From the human T2T-CHM13v2.0 reference genome, Homo sapiens: 64,000 bases of DNA. Below, one piece after another: positions 26,666-40,239 of the stretch (position 1 is its first letter; each line of letters starts with the position of its first letter). Location of the stretch: assembly GCF_009914755.1 (NCBI RefSeq), contig NC_060925.1. The stretch is one strand, 5' to 3'. The notes below the pieces were generated by a model. That model saw only the letters and a program-made list of their open reading frames with translations. It was not told where the DNA came from and searched no databases. The translations under genes were made by a program, and so were the position numbers.

Positions 26666-28574
26666 TAGAAGTCATACTTTGTGCTTTTGTTCTTGGTAAC
26701 CCCTGACATATCTTATAAATACATACTTATCAGTATTTACTTGTTTAAAGTCTATTTCCCCACTATATTGCAAGGGTTAGGGTTTTTCTTTTTCACTAGT
26801 AGAACCTCAGTGCACATAGAAAGCCCATATATAAATAAATAGAGAAGAAAGGAAAAAATGGAGTAAAAGATTGAGTGAGGAGAGAGAGAGTGGGGAAAAG
26901 AGGAAGGAACTGAGGGAGCGGGGATGCTATTCCAGGCCAGCTTGACTCCTATATTAGTGCTCCACACCCTTGCTTGAGGCATAAATGAGTAGCCTTTCAG
27001 TAAGAAAATGGCTTATACAACTAGCTCAGCACCCAAGATGTACTTATTAAGATCTAACCAGCTGATGATCAATGTATTCATGACGCAAATCATTTCCTAA
27101 CATCTCTGTAACTCACTCTTGCTGGATCTGTGTTTTGTAGCATGAATGAGCGCCCGGTTGTTTGTGAGTAAATCAATAATTAATGACAGCAATGGTATGC
27201 CGAAGCCTTTTCCTCTTTAGCAACCCTAACCTACTTCCCTTGTGTTCCTCCCCCAGGCTGCCCCTAAACTCCCATTTCTCTCTTTGGGGATTTAACTAAA
27301 ATACCACTTTGTTCAATGGTTTCCACTCTGTCACTCCTTCTGGTCCAATGCCATTTTTTTGTTTGTTTGGTTTGTTTTTTACTGTGCCTCATCATTCTAC
27401 CTGGGAATAATTGTTTTGTATCTATAAACCATATTGCATTTGGCATAATAGGATTTTCTGTGTTCAATCCAATTCAACTCAACATGCAGTTATTGAATAT
27501 CTATTATCAGCCAAATGAGAAAAAAAATGTAGGAGCTTGTTCTCTTTGAGAAGGAAGTATTGCTATTCTATCAGGGAAACTGCAGTCAACACAGAAGCCT
27601 GGGAGGGCAGAACTCTGCAGACTACAGATTCTTCCTGAGAAAATCAGAAGCAGTTTCTCTCTGCAAGGAAAGCTGATCAGGATGACATTGAGAGGTCAGG
27701 GACAAGTTCATGTCTGTAAGAACTAGGAGAAGACAGTGGGGTTTCAAATCTTAGAGAAAGGCAGCAAACCACAATCATTCTATCTCTGCATATGGATTTG
27801 GTGAGCACAGTTCACACCTTCTTTTATAGACAAAGAAGGATGAGCTGGCGAAGGAAGCAAATATCCTAGGGTTATGGTTATGCAAGACCTGACACAGAAG
27901 GTATACTGTGAAAGGACCTAGGAAAGCAAAATTTACATAGGAGGACCAAGATAACAGTTGAGTTTCATAGCCAAGAAAACTACATTGCACCTCAGGACTG
28001 ACTTTTTCATTAATCCCTGCTCTAATATATCGCATTTGTTTTTAAGCGCACTTTTCTATCTGATCAATACCTATGTCGCTCTTTAATTCAGGAAATTTTC
28101 ACTGGCATCCTCAATGAGGGTAAGTAGAATGGGTTACATTGGTGCATCTCTGAAGTACCCCAACTGTGTGACTTTTGTTGTCTTAGCAATCACCATCTCT
28201 CACCTGACAGCAGTCATGGGTCATAAAATCAGTCATTGAAGTTGGAAGGGACTCAAATGGAATTTCACTAGAATGTCTTCCAACAATTGAGTCTCCTCTG
28301 TGCACCCTTTTGGACTAAAAGTTGAACACTTTTAGTAAAGCAAAGCTCACAGCTCACACACACATACTCCATTCTTAGGCAGCTATAGTTGTTAAAAAGT
28401 TCTATTTCTCTACCTCTTCCCATATCCTCCACCTGAAAAAATGGTCTGTCCCCCCATTCTGCGATAGCTCTTCAGAGACAGAATACCGTGGTTTGCTTCA
28501 TTTCTCTAAGCTATGAAACCCTGCTGTCTTCTCCTGTTTCTTACAAACAAGAACTTGCCCCAGGGAGCAAACTT

Positions 28575-29006
28575 GGTGTGAACACCCATTGTTCTGTCTG
28601 CCTATGTCCCCTTCTTTCTTCTGAAATGGTAGGCCCTCTTTTCTGAAAACAGGTACCAACCCACCCTCCAACTCCATCCACATGGTTCCAGAGAGGCTGC
28701 CTTGTCCTTGCATATTCTTGTCTTCTGAGCCAGAATTGACTTGCCCAGAAGTGGGCCTGTCCTCCCGACTAGGTCAATCACAATCCTTTTGGAACTGGAA
28801 CTGGAAAATGAGCATAAGTTACTGTAGTGTTGAGAACCTTTGGATGTGACACTCAGCAGTCAAGTTCCCTATGTGTAGAAGAAGCCAGGTTACAGTCTTC
28901 AATTACATGACATGCCCTTGGTATTCTTCTAATAAATTCTCTATTTTTCTTATACTAATTCAAGTCCTATTTCTTTAGCTTGTAACCAAAGATCCCTGAC
29001 AAATAT
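28575..29006 (+). mobile_element. MaLR solo LTR (MLT1K/L-like)
   Basis: 3' end ctaataaattctc...cttgtaaccaaagatccctgacaaata. Confidence 0.6.
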
Positions 29007-29262
29007 GGATACACTCCAATATATTTCCTTTAACCCTCCAGACCTCCAAAACTGAATCCACTATTTGTGAGAGGTTGCAGGAAAAGAGATTGGGAGAAGG
29101 TCCTTGGGTCTGCTGGATTCAGAGAAGAGCAGGCCTAGTGCCTCCCTGGTTTTAGCTATGTATTCCTAATTTGCAGCTTCTAGTGGACTTTCCCAATACA
29201 ATGCTGCCCTTTCCCAGATCAAGCCATAGATCAGCAGCTGTGGAGGGCATTCAGTTACTTAC

Positions 29263-29374
29263 TGGGTCGTTGTACATCTGGACGATGAGTTGTTTCACTC
29301 CATGCAGGGTAGGATGGACCCATGGAGAGGGATCCAGCCAGTGACGATTCAGATCAAATCCCATCAGAGAACAC
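29263..29374 (-). CDS. AGBL4: AGBL4/CCP6 internal coding exon (probably exon 9), 112 nt, phase 2-0
   Basis: actgcctag|GTGTTCTCTG...GACCCA|gtaagt. Translates to (R)CSLMGFDLNRHWLDPSPWVHPTLHGVKQLIVQMYNDP; DLNR is the M14 substrate-carboxylate-binding Asn-Arg motif. Confidence 0.97.
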
Positions 29375-32129
29375 CTAGGCAGTACCCAAAGTAAGAGTCA
29401 ATATAGACAGGATAAGCTGAGCTTCTCACTTGTCAAAATATGCTTATGAGTAGGAGCAGTGATTATGTCACTTACCTAGCATTTATCATTTTCCAGAGAC
29501 TGTTCTAAGTACTTTATATGAGTTAATTCTTTCAGTGTCATCAACAACCCTGTGAGGTCACTACTATTGCAATTCCCACTTTGCAGAGTAAGAAACTGAG
29601 TCACAGAGAGATTCAAAAGTATTTCTGTGGTGTAGCCTCATGTCAGCATCCATAGACACATGACCCATAGACACACGTGCACATCTTCTCCACACTGCAG
29701 CTGAGAAAAATGCTCAGGCCACAACTACTGGTGTTCCCATTATGCCTCTTTGCTCACACCTATAGCTAATTCATTGTCTCTACCTTCAAAATACACCATA
29801 ACCCAACACCTTTTTACCACTTCCTCTGGTATTACCTTGAGTGTGGGCCAAGGTCCAGAGAACTGTAATCATATTTTACCTGGTCTTCTTGTCTTCTCCT
29901 TGCCTCCTCCCACCTCACCTTCCATGACAGGGTACAGCAGAAGACTGAAGATTTCCAGACATTTTAGGCTTGGACTTGGATTCAAGTGCTCCAGTTACAT
30001 AGGTTTATGTTCTTTCCCTTCCTTAGCTGAGCCTGGACAGCTAGTTGCATGTGTGGATTTGAGGAGACCAGGGCATAAGCTTTCTCTTTCCAAATGCCTC
30101 TTTCCTCAATGCCCCTGGAGGGACTGGGAGAACCCCATTTCTTATCACTGTGCTATGCTACTTTTGTCTCAGTGAGAACCAGAGAATAATGTGGAAACTT
30201 CCAGGAACTTCCTTTGGCTCCACATTCAGATTTTCACTAGCGTCCTGCCTAGCCTCTCTGGCAAGTCCATCCTTCGTGAGTGTGGGATAATGCCCCCATG
30301 GTATGCAGAGGAGATATCACTGAGTTCAGTCCCCCTGTTCTGTGGATGGTGTACTACGTGACCCTGGGCAAGTCCCTTGCTCTCTCAAGGCCTACGTTTC
30401 CCCAGCTACAAGTAGAGAAGGAGCTTCTACAAATGGACCACAAGCTTTTCAAGAGCCTCTTTCATCATGGACTGCACTCTCCCTACCCCACATCCTCAGT
30501 GGAGAGGACCACACAAAGAAATGTCCTCTCTGGTCCAAGATTTCCAAAAGAGCAGTGATGCCTAGATACCAACCATTCTCTGTGCTCTAAACAGAGGGGA
30601 TCACTGATGCTCACCTTCTAGGCCAGCAAGTTACCTCCTGACCTTGAACTTGCAAAGGAGTCCCTTCTTCATTTGCCATTACAACATGAGCATGTTTCTT
30701 TGTTAGAAAACTCTTTGTAACTAACATTGTAATAGTGTTATAACATGACATATCATCCCATTATATGAACCCCCATAATTCATTTAGCATTTCCCCACTG
30801 TGGCACATTTATTTTGTTTTCAGTGCTGCACTATTTTCAAAATGAACTGATGAATACTATAATCCCTAAAGTTTTCTCCACATTTCAGAATTTTTTTCTT
30901 AGAACAGTTCCCAGAAGTAGAATTGCTTGGTAAGAGGATTGACTGACTGTAAAATCACTATTAAAAATGAAAAATGGTCCTCAATATAGAAAGCAAAAAA
31001 GAAAAAAGGAACATCACCTTCCTATCACTCAGATATAACTCCTGTTAGCCTTTGATGTAGTTCCTGCCATCTTTTCTTTCTGAGCTTATAGTGGTAAGTG
31101 CAGCAGTAGCTAACATTTAAGAAGTGCTTACTAGTACCTTTACACGAATTATCACATTTCATTTTCGCTTTTATGCCACACAAGCCCTGTATTAACATTT
31201 TACAGAGGAGAAAACAAAGGCTTAGAAAATGTAAATAACTTTCTCTAAGGTCACTGAGCTACTATGTAATGGAGTTAGAATTTGAGCTCAGGTCAACCTG
31301 ATTCTCAGAGTCCAAAATCTTACCAATTGCTCTCCTTACTCTGCTCTCCTCTGACTACATTAAATTGTCTTTCAGAAAGGAAACATTCAATGCTGTGACT
31401 AGTGCCTTGATCTACAGACATATTCATGCAGTTCTTAAATATTCTTATCTGACGTATTGCTACTCATGAAAGTGATTAAGGACAGAGAGAGAGCCCCACA
31501 GCCACACTCATCTGAAACCTGCTCAGGGTAATTCGGCCAGCATATGGTGGAGCAGGCTTCAAACCCAGGACTATCCAGCTTTAATATCTATGCTCTTCTA
31601 GGGAACAAACAGTTTAAGCAAGCTCTCTGCTTTTGAGAATGTATAAGTAAATTAAGGAGGAGAGACTGGTTCAGGGAACAAGGATGAGGCAAGAGTTAAA
31701 CACAGCAATTCATCACGGTTTTATTAAGAACCTTCTACACACCAAGCTCCATGGTAGTGTTGCTGGGATAGAGTGATTGATAAGAGATATTCTCTAACCT
31801 CAAGAAATGTATAATCTAGCAGAAGGAAGAAGATATGCTTACAGGTTTATATCCATTTATAATGCAGGACAATATTGTGAGTATTAAATGAGCTAATGCA
31901 TAGGTTTTGGTACATAATGGTAACTCAAAAATGCTATATTGTTGTTTTTATTGGTCTGTATTATTATTTTATGCTATGTTCTATGTGAATGACATGGACT
32001 AATAGTTTTGCAGTCCATTGGAGGCTGGAATGGGCAGCAGTGGTCAGGGATGACCTCTTCTTTTCCTTCAGTCTGGGAATTAGGCAGATCTGAGTTCAAA
32101 TCCATGCTCTGTTCCCTCCCAGGTGAAGT

Positions 32130-32590
32130 GGGCATTTGTCCATGTTCTTTGGGGAATGCCCAGCATCTAACCCTGTTACTAGATGGGGGGTTGAATGTGG
32201 TGAGTTTGCTCCTCCATCATTACAAGATGAGGCATGATTTTGCCCCGTCTCCCTCCACGGAAGCCAGATGAGCCAGATTCTATCTCTTTGTTCCCTGGAA
32301 GCCAGGGCAGCTATAGGAAACCCAGGCTCAGGCACCAGCCACTCCTGCCCAGGACGTAAACTTGGGACTGGGTGATGCGAGGCAGCAGGGAGTGCTGTGC
32401 AGCAGTGCTGCTGTGGAACAGAGGCAGAGTATTCTGGCCCTTCAGAGCTGCTCGGTTAATTGCTCTGGTTTTCAAGTCTGGCTACCAGTTTCTGTGTGAT
32501 TCTGTAAGCCCCTTCGTATAAATTCCCTTTTTGCTTAAGTGGCTAGAGTCAGTCCTTGTTAATTTTAGCTGACTGCACCCCTAATCAGAT
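32130..32590 (+). mobile_element. ERVL LTR (LTR33-like)
   Basis: taaattccctttttgcttaagtggctagagtcag...; tccctggaagccagggcag. Confidence 0.55.
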
Positions 32591-35500
32591 GGCCCTATGA
32601 AATAAGTCATAGAAAATTCTGGCAGGCCCCTATATTGTCCACTTCCCAATGACTAGTCAAAAAACAGAGGGAATCACTGGTCTGGGTGCTGTGCTCACAA
32701 AGCTTTTCCAGCCCTCACTGAGCATCTAAATATTTAGAAAGGTACATTACCCTTGACAACAGGATGTAATCATAAAACAATTGTATCCTTAGAGATGCTC
32801 AGTTATGTGCCTCTCCTCTGCCCCCAAATAGGAATGTCCTCAGCACTGTCTTGGGCATGTCACCAGCTTGCTCTAGGATACCTCTATGACCTAAAACTCA
32901 CTACCTTTCCAGTTAGCTTATCTCATTCTTGAATCTTCCATTAGAAAATTCTTCTTTCCTTTTTAGCTGAATGTGCCTCCCAGTTACTTCCTCCATCCTT
33001 CTCAGCGTTGCCCCACGGAGTTGCACAGAACAACAGGTTTATACTGTGGGGACCAGCAGCTTTGGGACTTACAGTTATGTTTAAGTTCTGGCTGTGTTCC
33101 TCACCAGCTGTGTGATCTTTTTTAAATTTATTTTTTTAAATGCACCTGTAGGCTTCTGTTTTATCATATGTATAAAGAGGATAACCACTCTGACTTTCTG
33201 GATTGCATACATGAATTAATGTCTATAAATGGACCAGGAGAATTCTCAGAAACACATAAACATTGAACAAACTATAGCCAGTGATGGCAGTGAAGTGGTG
33301 ATAATTGTGGCACTGTTGAAATTGTCTAAACTTAAATATCAGCTCCTCCAGGAAGTAGAGGAGGATTTTCACTCCCTGCACATGAGGGGTAGGTGCTTTT
33401 CTTCTGCTCCCATAGCATCTGTTGCTCCCCCAGCAAAGTGGCTATAGGACAAGATGTAATTGTTGAGTCCGCTTCTCCACTGGACCATGAATTCCTCAAG
33501 AGCAAGGATGCCATCTTATTCATGTTGGTATTCCTGTGCCTGACAAAGAGCCTGGATCATGGCAGACATCGAAGAAGTAGTTGTTGAACAAACATTTCAT
33601 TCCTCCTAAGCATTTTCCTGTCTCATATTATATAGTTCTCATGACCATTCAATCACATGGTAAACCTCAATTTTCTAGTGGGAGTGTTGAGGGCTAGAAA
33701 AGGTAAGCCATTCTTTCGAGGCTACATAACAAGTACTCTAAAGGGCCCAGACTAGAACTCAGGTGTCCCGTTCTGGACTTCATAGTCTCCCCAGTTGGCT
33801 ATGCTGCTTCCAGGAAACCTCTGATTCAAAAAAGAACTTCAAAACTGAAGGAAAATTGTTAGAGGTCAGAGATCCTGAAAGGTCAACTCCTAGATCCAGC
33901 CTGCTAATAAAAATAGAAAGTAACTGGTGATTCACAGGCATCTTCAATCCTCAGAGAGTCTAGAGCTTTTTAGAAGCTAAAGCATTTGTGATATTCTTCA
34001 GTGAGTAGTACCTGCATGGGCACCTTTTGAGCTGATTTTAAATGAATGCTTCTAATGGCACTCAATCTATCAGTAGATAAGTATTTACTGAACAAAACAT
34101 CTTAGTAAAGATGCAGGATCCCTGGCTAGGAGCCTGGGGTACAGGTCCCACCTCCAATGTCTGTGTCATCTTGGAAAAGTCACCTCCTCTCCCTAGGCTC
34201 AATGGACTTATTTGTAAAATGGAATGCTATACTTCACTCACAGAGATCTCTTTCGGCTCTCTCAATATATGATTCTAAAGCATCAGTAACTGGGCTTTTT
34301 ACCCCCAGAATAAGGGACTTTGGAGAAAGCATATATTTCCAATTAAGTTAAAGTTCAAAGAAAACAAAATATTCGAGGAAAAGTGTTGATACAGTTTTAA
34401 AATGAAACACCAACTAGTCAAGGATGACCAATATCTTAACATTAATTGCATGCATTGCTCAACATTTGAGATTTGTGGGACACAAATGGGAGTTTGCCAA
34501 GAGTCAAGGCATGAGAGAGCATTCCAGGCAAAGGGTATAGCATGTGCAAAGTTAGGGAAGCAAGAATGGTCAGCAATTATGCATATTTCTAACAGGCTGC
34601 TAGTATGTTCTGCTTGTGTCCCTAACTGACTATAAGCACAAGAGGCCAAGGCTGGTACAGGCTCTTTCTCTTTAGTGGTTTCAGGACCAAAAAGCAGCTG
34701 CCTAAAGACAGAGGAACGCATAAGATGGCCTCCAGATGCCAGGCTCTCACTCCTATGACTGCCAGTTTAGAGTTACTGAATGCAAAATCCTGGGTCCCTG
34801 CCCTGAGTCTCTGTCTCCTTGGTGCTCTTGTATTCTATTATTTGTTTTTAAGATGAAAATTTTGCATGAGCTCAAAATCAAGACCTATGTTCTGACAAGA
34901 AAGAATGGGGCTATTTATGGCACCAGTGGGAAAGAATCTTTCACATTAGGACCATTCTAGAAAATGCAAATATATGGGGGCCAAATTTACATATGACTGC
35001 ATAATACATAATGTCTTTATTTTGAGTTGGAGATACTCTTAAGTATCTTTTCTTTCTTCCTCTAATCTGTGAACTCCATGAGGGCAGGGATAATGTGTGA
35101 GTTATCTTTCCCACCCCCACTCCAACATTGTCTACTATAAACCCAGGTGCAGAGAAGATTCAATATATTTATTGGATGAATGAATGAGTGAACAGATTAA
35201 CAAAAGCATGGATGAATACCTTGCAGGTTTGCAAACATGGGTTAGATAGTTACTTTCAGATATATTTTGAAAAGTAAGCACCTACTAAATGCTAGACTCA
35301 TTCACAATAATCAAATGAGATAGGTATTATTAATCCTCATTTGATAAATAAGGAAATAAAATCCAAGAAAGATTTCATCTTGAGAGGGTCACTTGACAAT
35401 TAGTAAGATATAGACCTGGGATTTGAACCCAGGTCTTGTTGATGGCAGGATGGTTCACAGTCACCTTTGAGGTTCCCAGCCATCTGTGAGTGTGTGTGAT

Positions 35501-36709
35501 TTATAAAAGAGACGCTAAGCTACTCATTTGTCTGATCTTCCTATCCTGTTCTCTTTCTCGTTTGCCCAATAGCAGAGATATAATGGTTCCAGAGAATGTT
35601 ATACAAATGCCAAATAAATAGCCCCATCTCATGAAGGACATCATGCCTTATCGCTATTCGCAATAATGGCAGCTAGAATGAGAGCAATGATTTCAATTCC
35701 CCTCCTTATGATTTCTTTTTCATTCTCCTCTGAAGAAGGATAGAGAAAAAGGCAGCTTGGCGGCTCCAGATCAATCTTGCCCTGAGCACCGTGAGGCTGC
35801 TCTAAGGAGCAGTGGCATTGACAAGCAGAGATGTATGAGGTATGCCAGCAATTGTCCCCCAAACACAGCAGTTTTTCAGCATTACCAATGAGCTGGATTG
35901 GATTAAGCATATTTGCACCAAAAGCAAAATAAATATTGCTTTATTTAATGCCACTAAAAGGTTGGGATTCAATTGCCCTTGGCCTGAGGCACCTTCCAGT
36001 TCTATTGATTGGGCCATGTCAGAATGCCAGATAATCTGTCATCAACAGCCCCTGAAAAATGCTTAGCATGTGGGTTGGGCTCTGCTGTTGTGTAGATGGA
36101 GGATTGCAGGCAGTGTCCTTTGTCCCAAACACAAGGGATAATCATAACACATCCACTTCCCATCACCACCACCAAGATATTTAAAGCATTCTCCTCACAT
36201 CCCTTCTTAGATCATCATGACGAGGAGATGTCTGTGACCAAGACTGTGAAGACAGAGAGGAGGGTGGATAAGAACATAGGCTTCAAAGGCAGAAGGACTT
36301 GGGTTTGAGTCCCAGTTCTGTCATCTAGTAGCTTTGTGACCTTGGACAAATTCATCTGTTTGCTCAAAGACCTGAAAGTGCTGAGAGGGCAGTGACTGAA
36401 TCTATTTCATTTGCCACTGGGTCTTCAGTGCTAGCACAGTGTCTCGTACACAGCTGACTCTCAGTTGAACTGTATAAATAGAGGCTCAGAAGTGGTAATT
36501 TGACCATGGTCCAGCAAGGACAAGTGACAGAGGCAGAGCTTGAACCCAGTCTGCCCAACTCTAAAGCCTATGTTCTTAGCCACCATTATACTCTGTCTTA
36601 GCAGTCCTAGGAGTCAGGTAAGAGCCTAATAGAGGGACTGTCCCTCATGTGCAGTGAGAGGTAGATGCAATATCTTTATTTTTTTAAATGGGGAATCTAA
36701 GTTTCAAAT

Positions 36710-36950
36710 GAGGGACTAACATGAAAGGTTCCTTTACGCAAACTGACGAAAGGTGCTACCCCCTACCACCCAGGGTAATAAGTTGCAATCAGGTGCCATT
36801 TCTGGGTGGGTAAAGTACAGAATAATGCCACTTGGTTTGGCCAGACTTTGGATTGAGAGCAGAGTCATAGCCCATAGCCCCCATTGACCCCTTGACCACT
36901 GAACATTTGTACAGTGTACAAACTGCACATCCATATGGAGCAGACTTGGA
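36710..36950. mobile_element. hAT-Tip100 (MER91/MamTip-like) remnant; a similar piece lies at about 37980-38168
   Basis: Terminal tgtacagtgtacaaactgcacatccatatgg, and gtggtgcacagactgtaccctatgtagg in the second piece. Confidence 0.4.
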
Positions 36951-37654
36951 TGTGCCCAAGGTTTATAGCAAAGCCAAGATTAGCACTTAGTTTTTCTTCT
37001 TCCAAGGTTCATTCAGCAAGGTCTTTACCCTATAATGGTGGCCTTTTCGGCAAGGTGGTGTGACTGGGGACAAGGGCGCTCAGATCACATCTGGAAAAGA
37101 GATTATCTCCAACCCTAAGAAATTCTTCCTAGTGGGTAATGAGAGGCTTTAGAGTGCCTTCTCCCTTCCCGTACAGAGCATATACTCCAGGGATTCATCC
37201 TCTCTCCTGCTTGGCAGCAACAAACACTGGGTTCAGGTGGATTTCCAGCATTGCAACTTAAAACTAATTCTTAGAGCCAGTGACCAACTGGAAGGACCTG
37301 AGATTTCATAAAACCCAATCCCCACATTTCAAAGATGGGGAATCTGAGGCCGAGAGGGCAGAGAGGGTCTGCCAAGGTTACATGGCTATTCAAGGGTAGA
37401 GTGGAAAGTCCATTCCAGAACCAAAAGATTATTTTTCTCTATATAAGAACAATGATAAGGAGTTTACTCCTTTTTGAAAGGTCTGAGGGAGGACATTTTC
37501 TGAAGGAATACACTGGCCCTTGAGGCTAGGAATTCACCATTTCCGTTTCTTAAGTGAAAAAGGACAGAGGAAACAAAAAAGGGGGCATAAAAGTCTTTCA
37601 TGTGTTCACAAGACCTGGGTGCTGGCAAGGCTCTCACCTACCTGCACCGAGCCT

Positions 37655-37890
37655 GAGAATGGCTCTGAGTCAAGTGTGGGCTCTGGAGCCACACGGCCTG
37701 GATAAAACCCTGGCTTGGCCAACACATTTTTGTCTTTGTGGCTGAACCTCTCTGTGCCTTAGCTCTAATCTGAAAAGTGGGAATTTTGTCTACCTCAGAG
37801 GGTTGTTTTGAGGACTCAATGAAATCATACAGGTAAAATGCCGAGGACACCATCTAGATTGAGATAAGTGCTACACATGTTAGCTGTTCT
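37655..37890 (+). mobile_element. MIR SINE
   Basis: tgggctctggagcc...aacctctctgtgcctt...ggttgttttgaggactcaatga. Confidence 0.75.
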
Positions 37891-40239
37891 TGTGGTTTGC
37901 TCTTGGTATGATGTTCAGGATCCTTCACAATCTGGTCCCCAGTTATTCCTACACTTCTTACACTATGTTGTCAATCTGTAAACCATACAAGGGTAGCACA
38001 TGATAGGGCCTGTGAGCTAATAACAAAAAGGTGCCCCCTCTGTGGGCTGACGCATTTCTGCCAAGTCTCAAGGCTTGTCAAGCCTGTGCTGCACTCTACC
38101 CTCCACCTACCCACTTAGCTGGCATCTTTGTGTGGTGCACAGACTGTACCCTATGTAGGATGCAGCCTACACCACATGCAACAGCCACACCAGAGCACTT
38201 GGCATTCCTCAAGGATCTCCACTCACTCAGGACTCAAGCAGTAAGACTCAAAGGGCTCTGAATCAAATCACTGGGTGTGATTCCTGGATCTCCTACTATT
38301 AAAGGCAGTACTTGGGCAAATGACTTAACCTCTCTTTGAGTGTCAGTTTCCTTATTTGCAATATGAGGATAATACAAGACCTATCTCGTAGGTTCATGAG
38401 GTTGTTGGGAGGAACTCCCCATTGCTTTCAATCCCAATGGTAACTTTCAGCCCTCAGGAATGAAAAGAATGGGTCTTCTTCTCCATTCCCTCGTTTTCTC
38501 TTCCCAAGGAAGGAGATGAAACTTATCTGACTGGTCAGCTCCGGAAAAGAAGCTCCGTTTGGGCCTAGCCCCTCCTAGCATGTGTTTTTGGGATCTGGAA
38601 TCCTGAAGGGTCTATTCTGGTCTTCTCTCTGCCACATGGTGTGCTTTCTAGGAGGCTTCTTGCCTCCTTTTCTGCTTGTGTCTGGTGGGAAAGTTGAATT
38701 TTGAAGTGAAGTAAAGGAGGCAAGTTTGGCCACAGATACAGACTATGCCTCCCAGGTCCTGCTTTTATCAATAATAAAGCTAATATTTTGACTCCTATTT
38801 TTCTGATCCCTGTATCTCCTTCTACATTGCAGGAATAGAATGAGAGTAGGAGCAGGAGTATGACTCATTATCACTCCAAATCTCTAGTGGAAGTACTACA
38901 TATAAAACACTTAGAATAGTGTCTGACAGCTATATACATTCAATTAATGTTTCGTATTATTATATTACTGTGTTGTTATTTATTATAATTATTCCTTTGG
39001 TTTGGAACATGCTGCCATTCTCTTCCCCTGGCCAACTCCCACTCATCCTTCAAGATTCATCTCACACAGCTTTTCCTTCAGATATTTTCTCTGACTTTCC
39101 CTATCCCAACCCTCTTGGCTGGGTTAAGAGGTGCCTCCTCAGTGACTTCACAACCTGGGAATCCCTGGGCTTCCCTCCACCAGCACAGTTATCTCTTCTC
39201 TGGACTGTGAACTCCTTAAGGGCAGCGCGGGGGCCAAGCCCACCTCATATTCCCCAGTGCATGGTACAAAGTATGCGCTTGGGGATGGGTTGGTGACTTG
39301 GGAGGGCAGGAGAGGGAAAAAAGAAGAGAGGGAAGAAACAGTTAAAAGGCTTCTCAAGTGGAAGCAGAGTGCCAGCAAAAGCACAGATGTGAGCAAGAGC
39401 AGGCTGGTTTAAGACAATGGAAAGAGCCCAGGAAGGCAAGAGGAACAGATGGGAGTGGATGCAGGAAGGGGCAAGGTGGACAGTTGGAGAGGAAGCTGAA
39501 AAGAAAGTTTGAGGCCATTGTGCAGGCGCTGAATACCAGGCTAAAGAGCTTTCGTTCTTTCTGAGGGTCAATGGGGAGCCGCCGAAGGATTTTTACACAA
39601 AGAACTGGCACTATTCAAGCAGTGGTTTAGGAACTAGGACCAGAAATGGTGAAGTTCTTGATTCTATCACATTGTTTTGCTCCTCCAGACTCCCTAGCTG
39701 CTAATTCTGGGTTACTGTCTCCTCAGAGGCCTGTCTTCACTGTAGAATCAATTATTAAGATCAACTTGCTATCAACTCTAACTTTGAAATGCTATTCAGC
39801 TGCTTGCAGGGACAGAGATGAGGAGCTGCCTCCACAGACATCTAGCCATCTGGCCTTTTCTGTGGAACCTGGCTGGGAAGCTCATTTGAATAATTGGTTT
39901 TGGCGGTGTGCACTTGTGGGTTAGACACCTGATTACACTGCCAGCCCCAGTGTCCTTTCAGCCTCCACAGAAACATCACTCAGGTTACATAAAGCAGGAG
40001 AGAGTCCCTGGGAGGTAAGGGTCTGTCTGGCCCGTGCTGTCACTCTGGCTTTATCTGACTGTGTGGCTCACTCACTGTGTGACCTTGAGCAAGTTACTTA
40101 GCCTCTCTGTGGCTTGGTTTCTTCTTTGCTTCAAGAAGGAGAGTGATTCCTGCCCTGCCTACACCACAGGCTTCTTGTAAGGATCTAAGGGAAGATGGGG
40201 GAGTTGCAGCTTAGCAGAAATGCAAGTGGAAAAAATTAA

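Noticed and set aside
27141-27163. + strand micro-exon candidates (also 18291-18311)
   Set aside because: Short, antisense and with weak context; expected by chance.
38030-38046. Possible CTCF site, and a similar one at about 56622-56635
   Set aside because: Only the 3' half of the consensus matches.
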